From: Aulosira sp. ZfuVER01
GTDB taxonomy: Bacteria > Cyanobacteriota > Cyanobacteriia > Cyanobacteriales > Nostocaceae
Direction: 5' to 3'
DNA length: 64,000 nt
Assembly: GCA_034530615.2 (NCBI GenBank)
Contig: JAVRCV020000023.1
Span: 35,173-99,172, forward strand
A model generated the notes under the pieces. It did not search any database and was not told where the DNA came from. It saw only the letters and a program-made list of their open reading frames with translations. Positions 49,935 through 59,516 of this stretch are shown here, one piece after another. How positions within the stretch are numbered: the stretch's first letter is position 1; each line of letters begins with the position of its first letter. A program made the translations under genes and the position numbers.

Positions 49935-52046
49935 TTAAGCTACTTGAAAATTAAAGCTGAGAGTTGCCCAATTATTTACATCTAACACATAAGAGTCAGC
50001 AGTTGTACCGTTAATCTCTGCTTTGACTGCACTAGCGTTATGTAAATCTTGGAGTAAGGCTTGAGCAACTTCTAAGGGGTTCAATAACGGGCCAATGGGT
50101 TGCTGATCTGTTGTACTGTTCTTGGCTGTTTCTAAGGTGGTTAAGGTTTCGCTGAAGGGGGTGGTGCTGAAAATCAGTTGGTGTTCGCATTCATAAGCTG
50201 GCCCTGCAATTACCCATCCAGAGGTAACATCGCTTTGTGGTAATGCGATCGCTTCACCAGGAGCAATTACCATTTGTTTAACTAGGGGTTTAGTTCCTGA
50301 AGTGTTGGGTTCTGGAGGAGTTTGCCAAGGATAAAAAGCGATCGCACTCCTGCTATTCTTTAATCCTAGTAGGATGAAATATACCGGGCGATCGTCCATG
50401 TTTTGCAATCGATACTGTAAGCGGCTGCCAATAGGTACAGTAGTAGTGCTGAGTGACTTGTTAGTTGCTGTTTCAGCACTGAAAGTCCGCATGGTTTCTC
50501 GTTGCATAACCACGCGAGGCGATATGCTACTAATTACCTCTAGGGTTGCTTTGATTGCCAAGCGGGAAGAACCTTCATTTTCGGTGAGACGCCATAACTT
50601 AGCCGCTAAAAGAGTGGGTAATTTTGGTGCTAACTTATTGACTGCTACTTTTACCGCTTCTCCCACTTCCCCAGTACTATTGAGAATTGGCTCACCACCA
50701 ACAGAAAATAGACCGTAGCGAGTCGGAGTTTGCAACAGTTTGCTAAACAAATAATCAGCTGGTTGTTCTCCTGCAACTACAGTAGAAACATGGGAGACTG
50801 TCGCAAAAGCACTGGTAGCGTCTACTCGTTCAATTCTCTCCAATCCTGTATCGAGGGCGACTATTAAACTAATATTCCGGGGTAAAACTCGCACTGCTTC
50901 TTGGACGAGTTGCCCAACCTGTAAAGGCGTAGTAGTATCAAGGCTGGAGAGTTGTGCTTTTGCTGTTAAACCAGTACGCGATCGCAATACTAACTGTTCG
51001 CCGCTAACTAAGCTGAGTCGAGAGTTAACGCCGTAGTATTCCAAGACTTGTGGTGGTAATCCTGCTAACCACAGACTAACTGTTTTCCCATCCTCTTCTG
51101 TGGCTATAATTGCGCCCTCACCGCCAACTGGGCTATCGGGAAGAAAACGATCTGTTAATAAGGGATTTTTCTTACTACTTAATAAAGCTGGCTGCTGCTT
51201 GCTACCCAGCTTCCGCATCGAACTTTCGACTTGCGAGAGACTGACTTGAATTGTCTTTGCGGGAATAGCTTCCCATAAATATTGAGTCAAAGCGTAGGTA
51301 AATAACCCAGCATTAAAACCAGATAACAGCAATTCCCTAGCTGATTGCTTTGGATCTAGCGTTGCTGTTAATAGCAGGGGTGGGGTAGCTACTCCCTTAC
51401 TCGGTGAACTTTGGGTTTTGAGTTGTTTAAGAAATTCTAGTTCTGCTGATGCTAACTCCGTATCTACTAATTCTGGACGGGCGCGAACTCGCAATCCTGG
51501 GGGTTGAATTGTCGGAGCATAGTAACTAGTATCTAATACTGCGGTGACACGATCTGTAGGGAGCGATCGCAACAATAACAGTAGAGTTTCCTCTAATAAA
51601 TAATTGACATTTTGATTATTTTGTGTATCTGCTGGTACTAGAGCATTTTGTAGCGTATCGTTTCCTAATTTAATGCGAGTACCGTAACCGCTAAAGTGAA
51701 GTAACACAACATCCCCAGGTCTAGCTTGCTTACCGAGATGTTCTGAAAAAGCGGCTTCGATAAATTCCCGGCTAGCTTGTTCCTCCGTTAACGTCAGGAT
51801 GTTGGAGGCGGGGAAGCCAAAGCGATGCACCAACAATTCCTTTTGTAGTTCTACATCGGTCAAGCAACCGCTGAGGCTAGGATTTTGTGCATATTGATTA
51901 ATACCTATCAACAATGCTAATTTACGCAGATTAGGTTGTGCTAAAGCTTGGTAATAGCGATTTCCCAAGGTCAACCACTCAGCCTCAGTTACACCCAAAA
52001 CTGTGAGTATTGAACCAATTCGTTGTAAAAAAGTCCGGCGCTTCAT
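49935..52046 (-). CDS. Caspase-family (C14) pseudo-orthocaspase with Tat-like N-terminus
   Basis: MKRRTFL; ALLIGINQY, LSGCLTDV; HFSGYG and LDTSY in place of the His/Cys dyad. Confidence 0.85.
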   Translation of the reverse strand: MKRRTFLQRIGSILTVLGVTEAEWLTLGNRYYQALAQPNLRKLALLIGINQYAQNPSLSGCLTDVELQKELLVHRFGFPASNILTLTEEQASREFIEAAFSEHLGKQARPGDVVLLHFSGYGTRIKLGNDTLQNALVPADTQNNQNVNYLLEETLLLLLRSLPTDRVTAVLDTSYYAPTIQPPGLRVRARPELVDTELASAELEFLKQLKTQSSPSKGVATPPLLLTATLDPKQSARELLLSGFNAGLFTYALTQYLWEAIPAKTIQVSLSQVESSMRKLGSKQQPALLSSKKNPLLTDRFLPDSPVGGEGAIIATEEDGKTVSLWLAGLPPQVLEYYGVNSRLSLVSGEQLVLRSRTGLTAKAQLSSLDTTTPLQVGQLVQEAVRVLPRNISLIVALDTGLERIERVDATSAFATVSHVSTVVAGEQPADYLFSKLLQTPTRYGLFSVGGEPILNSTGEVGEAVKVAVNKLAPKLPTLLAAKLWRLTENEGSSRLAIKATLEVISSISPRVVMQRETMRTFSAETATNKSLSTTTVPIGSRLQYRLQNMDDRPVYFILLGLKNSRSAIAFYPWQTPPEPNTSGTKPLVKQMVIAPGEAIALPQSDVTSGWVIAGPAYECEHQLIFSTTPFSETLTTLETAKNSTTDQQPIGPLLNPLEVAQALLQDLHNASAVKAEINGTTADSYVLDVNNWATLSFNFQVA

Positions 52047-52148
52047 AAATTCGCTATCAGCCTTCAGCCCATCAGCATAACAGCTTAAAGGGCTGAAGCC
52101 TGTAGTGTAAAGTTAAGGTTGGTACAATTCGCGCTATCAGAATTAATC

Positions 52149-53327
52149 CTAAGCTAATACTTGCACTTTCATTGACCGTGCTAACTCCGCCGCCACCTCT
52201 GGGCGAGAAAATTCTGGTGGGGGTAATTCACCCCGGCGCAGCATTTCCCGAACTTTGGTTCCCGACAGGTGAACTCGTTCTTCTGGCCTACTAGGACTAG
52301 TTTTATTTGTGGCCATTTGTTTGGTGCGAGTGCAGTAAAAAGCGTGTTCAAACTTCATCGGTACAATACCCAATTCATTTGGCTCAAACTCATCAAAGAT
52401 ATATTGAGCATCATAAGTACCGTAGTAGTCACCCACACCTGCATGATCTCGCCCAACAATAAAGTGAGTACAACCGTAGTTCTTGCGGACTAAAGCATGG
52501 AAAATTGCTTCCCGTGGACCAGCGTAACGCATTGCTGCCGGATTAATTGCCAAAATCACTCTATCTAAAGGATAGTAGTGTTCCAGCAAAATTTCATAGC
52601 AGCGCATCCGCACATCAGCAGCGATGTCATCTTCTTTTGTTGCCCCTACCAATGGGTGCAAAAATAGACCATCTACGGTTTCTAAAGCGCACTTTTGAAT
52701 ATATTCATGGGCGCGGTGGATGGGGTTGCGAGTTTGAAAGCCAACGATAGTTTTCCAGCCTTTAGTTTTGAACATTTGCCGAGATGCGGCAGGATCGATT
52801 TGATAAGCGGGAAACTGAGGATGGGGATCGCGTTCTAACAGCCAGATGTCGCCTGCAAGATTTACTGCTCCCTGGTTATAGACTACCTGTACCCCAGGAT
52901 GTTTAGCATCATCAGTGCGATAGACATTAATTGCTTCGCGGGTTTTATCGTAGCGATATTTCTGTGTTAGCTGTAAAACCCCAATATATTCGCCGTTGGG
53001 GTTATCTAGACGGATCAAGCCGCCTTCTTTGAGAGGGGAAGCTACTTCTTCGGCTACCGACAGTGTAATAGGAATTGACCACACCAGACCGTTAGCTAGG
53101 CGCATTTCTGTAACCACGCGATCGTAGTCTTCCTGGTTCATAAAACCTTTGAGTGGACTAAAGGCGCCGATCGCAATCATCTCTAAATCAGAAACGGCTC
53201 GTTCGTCAAGTTGCACTCGTGGCAAAAATTCAGCCTTTGAGAGAAACTCTTCTCTTTGTTCTGGCGTGGCGATGCGATTAACCAACTGTCCACCGTGCGG
53301 CGCAATAGCATCTGAATGGTAACTCAA
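52149..53327 (-). CDS. sat: Sulfate adenylyltransferase
   Basis: [28 protein letters not shown] start after AGAGGGG RBS. Confidence 0.97.
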   Translation of the reverse strand: MSYHSDAIAPHGGQLVNRIATPEQREEFLSKAEFLPRVQLDERAVSDLEMIAIGAFSPLKGFMNQEDYDRVVTEMRLANGLVWSIPITLSVAEEVASPLKEGGLIRLDNPNGEYIGVLQLTQKYRYDKTREAINVYRTDDAKHPGVQVVYNQGAVNLAGDIWLLERDPHPQFPAYQIDPAASRQMFKTKGWKTIVGFQTRNPIHRAHEYIQKCALETVDGLFLHPLVGATKEDDIAADVRMRCYEILLEHYYPLDRVILAINPAAMRYAGPREAIFHALVRKNYGCTHFIVGRDHAGVGDYYGTYDAQYIFDEFEPNELGIVPMKFEHAFYCTRTKQMATNKTSPSRPEERVHLSGTKVREMLRRGELPPPEFSRPEVAAELARSMKVQVLA

Positions 53328-53843
53328 CGTAATCCCCTCTTTGCGTTCAGGTAATTGTTTCAAACTATGTACTAACTTATCAAAAAGTTAATAAAATTAC
53401 ATAAAATCAGTACTTTTAGGCTAGCAGATGATTATTTCTACTAACTTTCTAGTAATCACCCTGTTTTAGTACTTGTGTACCGCTTTATTGGTTGATTTTT
53501 CTGTCTAGTAATTTTCTAAACCAGTTGACATTAGCTATATGTGTTACCTAATTTTATCTGAAAACATATCTGATAATTTAATAAGCATTGCTATACAAGC
53601 ATCGTAGCTACATTATCAGCTATACCCCACTCCATAAGCGCCTATTTTAGACCCTGACTCGTTTTGATGAGCTTATTAGTATGGGTGTAACTTAATTATT
53701 CGCCGTCAAGCCACATACAGCCTATGCAGAAATTTATCAAATAACTTATTTAACAAATCCAGACAACACACCTACTCGTCTCGTCTTGATTCTGTTACAT
53801 AATCAAGTTAAGATGATGAAAGGTAGATTATAGCGTTGAATCA

Positions 53844-54266
53844 ATGAATAAATATCTAGTCGAGTTAAGGCACTCTACTAGTGGTGAAATGATGCTCATT
53901 CAACTAGAAGCTAATTCACCAGATGATGCTTGCGATCGCGCCGTGGAAGCTAACCCAGATTATGAAGTGGTCAAGGTTAAGCACACACACGGAGGTAAAC
54001 GCAGTGGCGCTGGTAGAACTAGTAAATGGGGCGATGGAGTCAAGACACAGGTTTACCGTTTACCTCCTGTCATTGGTGACAAAGCTGAGGATATAGTCAG
54101 TGAACTAGAAATAGTTAACCATATCCTTGAAAGTTGGCAATCAAAAGTAGATGAGTCAAAAGCTAAATCAGCTAACGGTCAACCATCGGAGCGTTATAAG
54201 TATGTTGCTCAACTGGTAGCTGACTTAAAACAAGCAATGCAAGTGACGGGTAACAAGCTGGTGTAA
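53844..54266 (+). CDS. Putative DNA-binding protein (HGGKRxGAGR motif plus RHH-like strand)
   Basis: HGGKRSGAGRTSKW..KTQVYRLP. Confidence 0.6.
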   Translation: MNKYLVELRHSTSGEMMLIQLEANSPDDACDRAVEANPDYEVVKVKHTHGGKRSGAGRTSKWGDGVKTQVYRLPPVIGDKAEDIVSELEIVNHILESWQSKVDESKAKSANGQPSERYKYVAQLVADLKQAMQVTGNKLV

Positions 54267-54413
54267 TCAGGGCATTATTTTAATTTGGTGGTCAATTTTT
54301 TGAGAAAAAACATAGGTTTTTCGATTTTTCGTTTCCGGCAGGGTAAGGGAACACAAAAAAGAGATGACCTAATTCCAGAACTAGCTAAGGTTAGGTCTAG
54401 CTTATTTATCCAC

Positions 54414-54436
54414 TTGTTAGACATCGTGTCTAACAA
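54414..54436. repeat. Palindrome copy 1 TTGTTAGACA-TCG-TGTCTAACAA
   Basis: Also at 54806-54828 (2 mismatches) and 55157-55179. Confidence 0.9.
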
Positions 54437-54550
54437 CTTACAAAGAACATGGAAGCAATAAAAAATACGTGGAAGAAATTACTAGGGAATAAGTATAGAT
54501 AGGCACTCCATCCGATGATGTGCCATCCCCAAGGGTAGCAGTATAAGACA

Positions 54551-54805
54551 ATGGCAAACCATAGCGGTGATTCAAAATTCAGAACTGCCGCAAAACCCGT
54601 AGAGATTTATTTTGATGATGAACTCCACAGTAAAAACTTTATGCAAACACTGAGAATGTTAGAGCAGTTACAACCAGAGTTATTTGCGGGATTAATACTA
54701 GTTTCTGATACTACCTGGCTAATACCGGGAACCACATTAAGAGTTATCAGGCTAGATGATTTAATTCCTAAAATCATTCAAATGCACAGTACTTTGATTG
54801 ATTAG
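54551..54805 (+). CDS. Hypothetical element protein (84 aa)
   Basis: ORF between palindromes 1 and 2; its stop abuts palindrome 2. Confidence 0.55.
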   Translation: MANHSGDSKFRTAAKPVEIYFDDELHSKNFMQTLRMLEQLQPELFAGLILVSDTTWLIPGTTLRVIRLDDLIPKIIQMHSTLID

Positions 54806-55046
54806 TTATTAGACATCGTATCTAACAAATTAAAACGGAGAATAGAGACAATGACAGTTTGGTATAACGAGGCAAAATAGCTACTCACTTAATTTATCTA
54901 ATAACTTACTTGGTAGTTTTTTAGACATACATCATTACAACGACAATAAAACATCAGTCTTGATTAGGAAATTTTTATATTTTGAACTTATAAAAAGAGT
55001 TTAGGTAAATCCATCACTAAAGAATACAAAAAAACTTGATGGATAT

Positions 55047-55133
55047 TTAAGATAATTTCCTCCCAATACAGTGCGTTGTACTATTTTGTGTCGCATTTGC
55101 ACCGAATACTTCAGTTAATGTTGGTTCTGGCAT
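55047..55133 (-). pseudogene. Truncated cyanobacterial prophage-like gene (MPEPTLTEVFGANATQ...)
   Basis: 28 codons after an AAGG-like RBS; N-terminus recalled from hypothetical proteins of cyanobacterial prophage-like elements. Confidence 0.4.
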
Positions 55134-55239
55134 ATCTCTTTACCTTAGATGTTGAGTTGTTAGACATCGTGTCTAACAAGTGGATAAATAAGCTACTGAA
55201 GTCTATTATAGTGAAACTTACCATAATTACAAGAAACTC

Positions 55240-55494
55240 ATGGCATTACCAGAAGGCTTCTCACCATTTGAACACTTACAAGACATGATTAGACTTAACC
55301 ACAACAAGCTTGTTAGAGAATATTTCTCTGATGTTGGTGGTGAAGATTGGGAAGCAGATTTAAGTAGCAGTAGACCACAACTAAGGGTAGCTGCCACGAT
55401 GGTAGATGATGATACAGCCGAAATGACATTGATGAGACTGTACTTTTTTTATGACATCTCGTGGATACCACACACCGCTATGCAGGTTTGGTAG
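55240..55494 (+). pseudogene. Probably truncated cyanobacterial prophage-like gene
   Basis: MALPEGFSPFEHLQD...WEADLSSSRPQLRVAATMVDDDTAEMTLMRL matches my recollection of a longer hypothetical family. Confidence 0.45.
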
Positions 55495-55792
55495 ATGTCT
55501 AATGTCTTCGGTTATGTCTTACTGTGCTGGAAGGTCTAGGACGTTCTGTGGAGAATTATCGATGAAAACCTTATGGTTCCTATGGCTTTGAGAGTTATGG
55601 TAGAAATCACCATTACTGTGGTATGTTGGATGGAAATCGAATGTACCTTACAGAATTACTCAAGGGAGCCTGCAACAAAGCTCCTTGTTTATTTATGGAA
55701 AAATGGAAGGTACTTTCCATTCTGCTTTCTTGCGGCATTGATGGCTGGAATGTACCTTACAATGAGACAAAGATTCTGGAAGGTACATTCTA

Positions 55793-56395
55793 ATGCAAGA
55801 GATAACCCAATTAGTGCAACTGTATAAAATATATGAGGGGCTGAACATAGGTATTTTTGATAGACAGCTACCTGAGAATACTGTCTTGAAAATTGGACAT
55901 AAAACATCTGATGGTAATTACCGCCCTGGTAAATGGGATGATACGCGAAACCAAAAAATATGTGACGAAATAGAGATTAATGATAAACTTCTGAATTTTC
56001 CAAAAGAGGAATGGTTAGCTGTCCTTGTTCATCAAATGATTCATCAGTGGCAGTATGATCACGGTAATCAGAAAACAACAAAACATTATCACAATCAAGA
56101 GTATGTGAAAAAAGCAGCAGGTATAGGTTTAATCATCAAGACTGGGTATGAAAATGAGCAATCAATTGACCATAATGGAAAATTTATGCAAGTAATTCAA
56201 AACTTAGATAGTGAATTGATATTGAAGCCTAGGAATGTTATTTCACAGGTAACTGAAGAATCGAAGAATGGAAAAAAGAAAAAATATACTTGCCCTAGTT
56301 GTGGTTTTAATTCGTGGGCAAAACCAGGAGCGACTAATATATGCTGTAACTGCAATGGTTCAGTAAAACAAATGATAGAACAGATTAAATCCTAG
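55793..56395 (+). CDS. SprT-like metalloprotease domain with zinc ribbon (HQxxH variant)
   Basis: EIEIN, VLVHQMIHQWQ, YHNQEY, YTCPSCG...CCNC. Confidence 0.8.
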   Translation: MQEITQLVQLYKIYEGLNIGIFDRQLPENTVLKIGHKTSDGNYRPGKWDDTRNQKICDEIEINDKLLNFPKEEWLAVLVHQMIHQWQYDHGNQKTTKHYHNQEYVKKAAGIGLIIKTGYENEQSIDHNGKFMQVIQNLDSELILKPRNVISQVTEESKNGKKKKYTCPSCGFNSWAKPGATNICCNCNGSVKQMIEQIKS

Positions 56396-56469
56396 ATGTA
56401 TGTGTGTTAGGTAAAAGTTATCAGATAAGTTATGTAATAAAAATGGGCAACACATATATAGGCATATAA

Positions 56470-56499
56470 AAAGAGAGTAGATACCAACCTACTCTCTTT
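56470..56499. terminator. Hairpin terminator between convergent SprT and integrase genes
   Basis: AAAGAGAGTAG/CTACTCTCTTT stem. Confidence 0.7.
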
Positions 56500-56520
56500 C
56501 GATTTTTATGATTAGTTAAG

Positions 56521-57798
56521 TTAAAAATCTCCTAGTGTGACATTGCGATTACTGTCTAAATAATGCTCAATAATTACATCAACCGAGTTACCACAACTAT
56601 CGGCTAATAGTTTTAAATCAGTGCCATTATTAGCTTGAATGCTAATGAAAGTATGCCGTGTTGAGTATGGCTTAAGATATTGTAATTTACCTTTTTCAGC
56701 TAGTTCTGTAACAGCCCCCGGATATTTATAAGTTGAACCATTAGCATAAACTGCCATCTGTTGCCAGCCTCTTTTTAAGCTACCCGTGGTTATTCGACTA
56801 CCATTTTTAGTTTTAAATACTAAATCATCAGGATTTTTACCATCGCCATATAGTCTTGTTAATAGATTGATTAATCTATTCATTCCTTTCATTTTGAACA
56901 TTCTAACAACGTCTGTTTTAGTTCCTTTTGTAATACCACTTCGGGAATCATAAGCTTCCTTAAAAATTATCCAACCAGTATCAAGCTTAATATGTTCCCA
57001 CTTCAAAGCAAAAGCCTCACCATGTCTACAACCAGTGAGAAATAAAAACTCTACGATGTCGGACATTCCGCTAATTGTTGTTCTTTGATGATTTCTCATG
57101 TAGTCAATAATTAAGTCTCGCTCTTCTATTGTGTATGCTCTATAGTCTTCAGCCTCGGAAAGTTGTTTAGACTTTTTAGGCACTTTATAGTGTTTTTTGA
57201 TTTCCAAAAAGTAATCTTCTGGTAGTATTTTTTGGTTAACAGCGCGTTGACACATTCCACTTAATATGCCCAAAAAGCTTTTAATTTCAGATCTATTTTT
57301 ATCTTTAGCTAAAAAATCTTTGATTATTTCCAAAGCTGTTTCATTGTCTAGAGGTTTATCTAGATAGGGTTTAAGCAAGTTTGGGTATTTGCACAAATAA
57401 TTATTCTCGTAAGTTGTTTTTTCTATCGCTCCTGTACTCAGCTTCCATTCACTGAACTCTTCCCATAGTTCCCTGAGTTTAGGCAGTGGTTTTGCAGTTG
57501 GTAGCTGAGTAACTGTAGCTAGTGGCTTGATATCCAGGTACTTAGCTAGTGTTGGGTCAAAGTTCACTCCGTTCTGGTAGTCGATATCCTCCTGTATCCG
57601 TCGTGCTATGCCTTCTGCCCATTGACGGTTATCCGGTGTGTCCTTTCTTCCACCTAGTGCCTTGTAAGCTTGTCTCTTGCCATAGAACTGCTGACTGATT
57701 TTGGTAGAAAACTGCAAGCGGAGTGTTCCTTTGTCGGTTCCCACGTTTACATCAGTAAATTGCTTGGAACCTTTGTTATTGGGTTGTTTAGAGTACAT
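56521..57798 (-). CDS. Tyrosine recombinase (XisA/XisC-like cyanobacterial integrase)
   Basis: Arm-binding-like N-terminus (GTLRLQF), TGCRHGEA, KPYSTRHTF, CGNS, IIEHY. Confidence 0.92.
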   Translation of the reverse strand: MYSKQPNNKGSKQFTDVNVGTDKGTLRLQFSTKISQQFYGKRQAYKALGGRKDTPDNRQWAEGIARRIQEDIDYQNGVNFDPTLAKYLDIKPLATVTQLPTAKPLPKLRELWEEFSEWKLSTGAIEKTTYENNYLCKYPNLLKPYLDKPLDNETALEIIKDFLAKDKNRSEIKSFLGILSGMCQRAVNQKILPEDYFLEIKKHYKVPKKSKQLSEAEDYRAYTIEERDLIIDYMRNHQRTTISGMSDIVEFLFLTGCRHGEAFALKWEHIKLDTGWIIFKEAYDSRSGITKGTKTDVVRMFKMKGMNRLINLLTRLYGDGKNPDDLVFKTKNGSRITTGSLKRGWQQMAVYANGSTYKYPGAVTELAEKGKLQYLKPYSTRHTFISIQANNGTDLKLLADSCGNSVDVIIEHYLDSNRNVTLGDF

Positions 57799-57973
57799 CT
57801 AGTATTTTTCTAGTAGATTAAGTGGATTAAGTTATCAGATAACTCTAGAGTACTAGATTTTTCGTTTTTGTACTAACTTATCAAAATGCTGGTACACAGA
57901 GAAAAAGAGTTTGGATAATAGTGCAGAGGGAATAAGTTACGCTGAAGCTAATGCACCTTACAGCCTAGAAATT

Positions 57974-58627
57974 ATGACTGCTGTATCCCCTGTGGTTAAA
58001 CCTGTTAGCTTGATGCGGCTAGCGCCTGGTAGTGTTGTGACTATTGAGGATGTAAGTTGGGAAGAATTTGAATCAATATTGCAAGAACTGGGAGAAAAGC
58101 GATCACTGCGAGTTGCTTACAGCAATTCTAATTTAGAAATCATGGTTCCTCTACCCGAACACGAAAAACCAAAAGACTTAATTTCTGATATTGTCAAAAT
58201 TTTACTTAAGAAGCTAGGGAAAAAGTATGAACCTTTTGGTTCAACCACATTTAAGCAGGAAAATTCAGCAGGAGTAGAACCAGATGCTTGCTTCTATATC
58301 GAGAATTACCAACAAATGATTGGTAAGCGTAGGCTAGAACCAGACGATCCGCCCCCTGATTTGGCAATTGAGACAGATGTCACTTCTAAAACAACTCTTG
58401 ATGCTTACGAAGCGATCGCTGTTCCAGAATTATGGATTTACAATGGCAAAAAGCTCTCTATTTATCTGCTTCAAGATGGGCGTTATATTCAATGTGAGAA
58501 TAGCCCCACCTTTCCTAATATCGCTTTAACTCAGATAATTCCCGCTACTATAGAACGCGCTTGGCAAGTAGGAAGCGTGCAAGCTATAGAAGAGTTTGAG
58601 AACGAGATTAACTCAACTTATTTCTGA
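57974..58627 (+). CDS. Uma2 family endonuclease
   Basis: VSWEEFE, EPDACFYI, PPDLAIETD, VPELWIY. Confidence 0.9.
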   Translation: MTAVSPVVKPVSLMRLAPGSVVTIEDVSWEEFESILQELGEKRSLRVAYSNSNLEIMVPLPEHEKPKDLISDIVKILLKKLGKKYEPFGSTTFKQENSAGVEPDACFYIENYQQMIGKRRLEPDDPPPDLAIETDVTSKTTLDAYEAIAVPELWIYNGKKLSIYLLQDGRYIQCENSPTFPNIALTQIIPATIERAWQVGSVQAIEEFENEINSTYF

Positions 58628-58628
58628 T

Positions 58629-59093
58629 ATGTTTGATCCTGTAAAGTATGCTCAAGAACCTACAGATTCAAAACAGGAAAATGAGTTACTGAAGTGGATT
58701 CATCAACTTGACGACGAGCATAAATTTACCTTTGTTTGGCTAGTGTTAAATGCAAATGAGTGGAAAGGTTGCAAATTAGCAAAGCGATCGCAACTTAAGC
58801 CAATTTTTTTAGAAGTGATTCTCGAAAAAGGGCTTGTTTACGGTGATGCAAGTTCGCTGAGATGGTGGATTGAAACAGTTATACATGGTTTAGGTCATCG
58901 CCGGGTACTAAAAATTATCAAGGCACATATTGATATTGCTCCCTTGTGCGTACATAAAACGCTTTATTGGCTACCTATGTTTTATAAAGAGCAATCAGAA
59001 GAACTTAAAAATGAAGTGCGATCGCTTGAAGTCGAGTTTGAGGCAAAATACCCGAACTCTCAGCCATTTCAAAGTACGAGAACTCATGCTTAA
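58629..59093 (+). CDS. Hypothetical protein
   Basis: ORF directly after Uma2; no family recognised. Confidence 0.6.
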   Translation: MFDPVKYAQEPTDSKQENELLKWIHQLDDEHKFTFVWLVLNANEWKGCKLAKRSQLKPIFLEVILEKGLVYGDASSLRWWIETVIHGLGHRRVLKIIKAHIDIAPLCVHKTLYWLPMFYKEQSEELKNEVRSLEVEFEAKYPNSQPFQSTRTHA

Positions 59094-59105
59094 TCAGCAT
59101 TAATT

Positions 59106-59516
59106 CTAGTTTTTCTGAAACTGCAAATATTCCAATAGTAGCAACCGAAAGTAGTCCAATATCCTAATATAATTCTTCATCTGCTCATATTTACCATTAC
59201 TGCCAAAGTAAATTCTGGCAATCTGAGCTACGTTAAAAATTCGCATAGCTTGTAGATGAGCAATTGCCTGAGCTTTGTTGGCAATCTGTCCTTTAGACTG
59301 AATTTGACTCGCATAACCTCTGAGATTGACTGTTAAAATTTCAATTTCTTCTAGCAGCGAAAACTCTTCATCTTCTGGGGGAAACTGAATAATAATTTCT
59401 TGTCTTTCGCTACGTGTATTTTGATAAGCATCCGTTAATTGTGCTAATAATTGAATAATATTTTTCTTGGTCAATTCCTGCTCATCTATAATTATTTCAC
59501 TCATCATTGGCTCCAT
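59106..59516 (-). CDS. Hypothetical helical protein (possible immunity partner)
   Basis: Overlaps the stop of the upstream gene. Confidence 0.6.
   Translation of the reverse strand: MEPMMSEIIIDEQELTKKNIIQLLAQLTDAYQNTRSERQEIIIQFPPEDEEFSLLEEIEILTVNLRGYASQIQSKGQIANKAQAIAHLQAMRIFNVAQIARIYFGSNGKYEQMKNYIRILDYFRLLLLEYLQFQKN

Larger units (their letters stand above)
53368..57886. mobile_element. 4.5-kb tyrosine-recombinase integrative element / defective prophage
   Basis: Identical 18-bp direct repeats TGTACTAACTTATCAAAA at 53368-53385 and 57869-57886; integrase next to the right repeat. Confidence 0.9.

Noticed and set aside
53328..53363. N-terminal extension of sat in the ORF track
   Set aside because: The RBS and the conserved start favour TTG at 53327, so the element does not interrupt the CDS
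54414..55179. CRISPR array interpretation of the three palindromes
   Set aside because: Spacing of 350-390 bp is far too long and there are no cas genes
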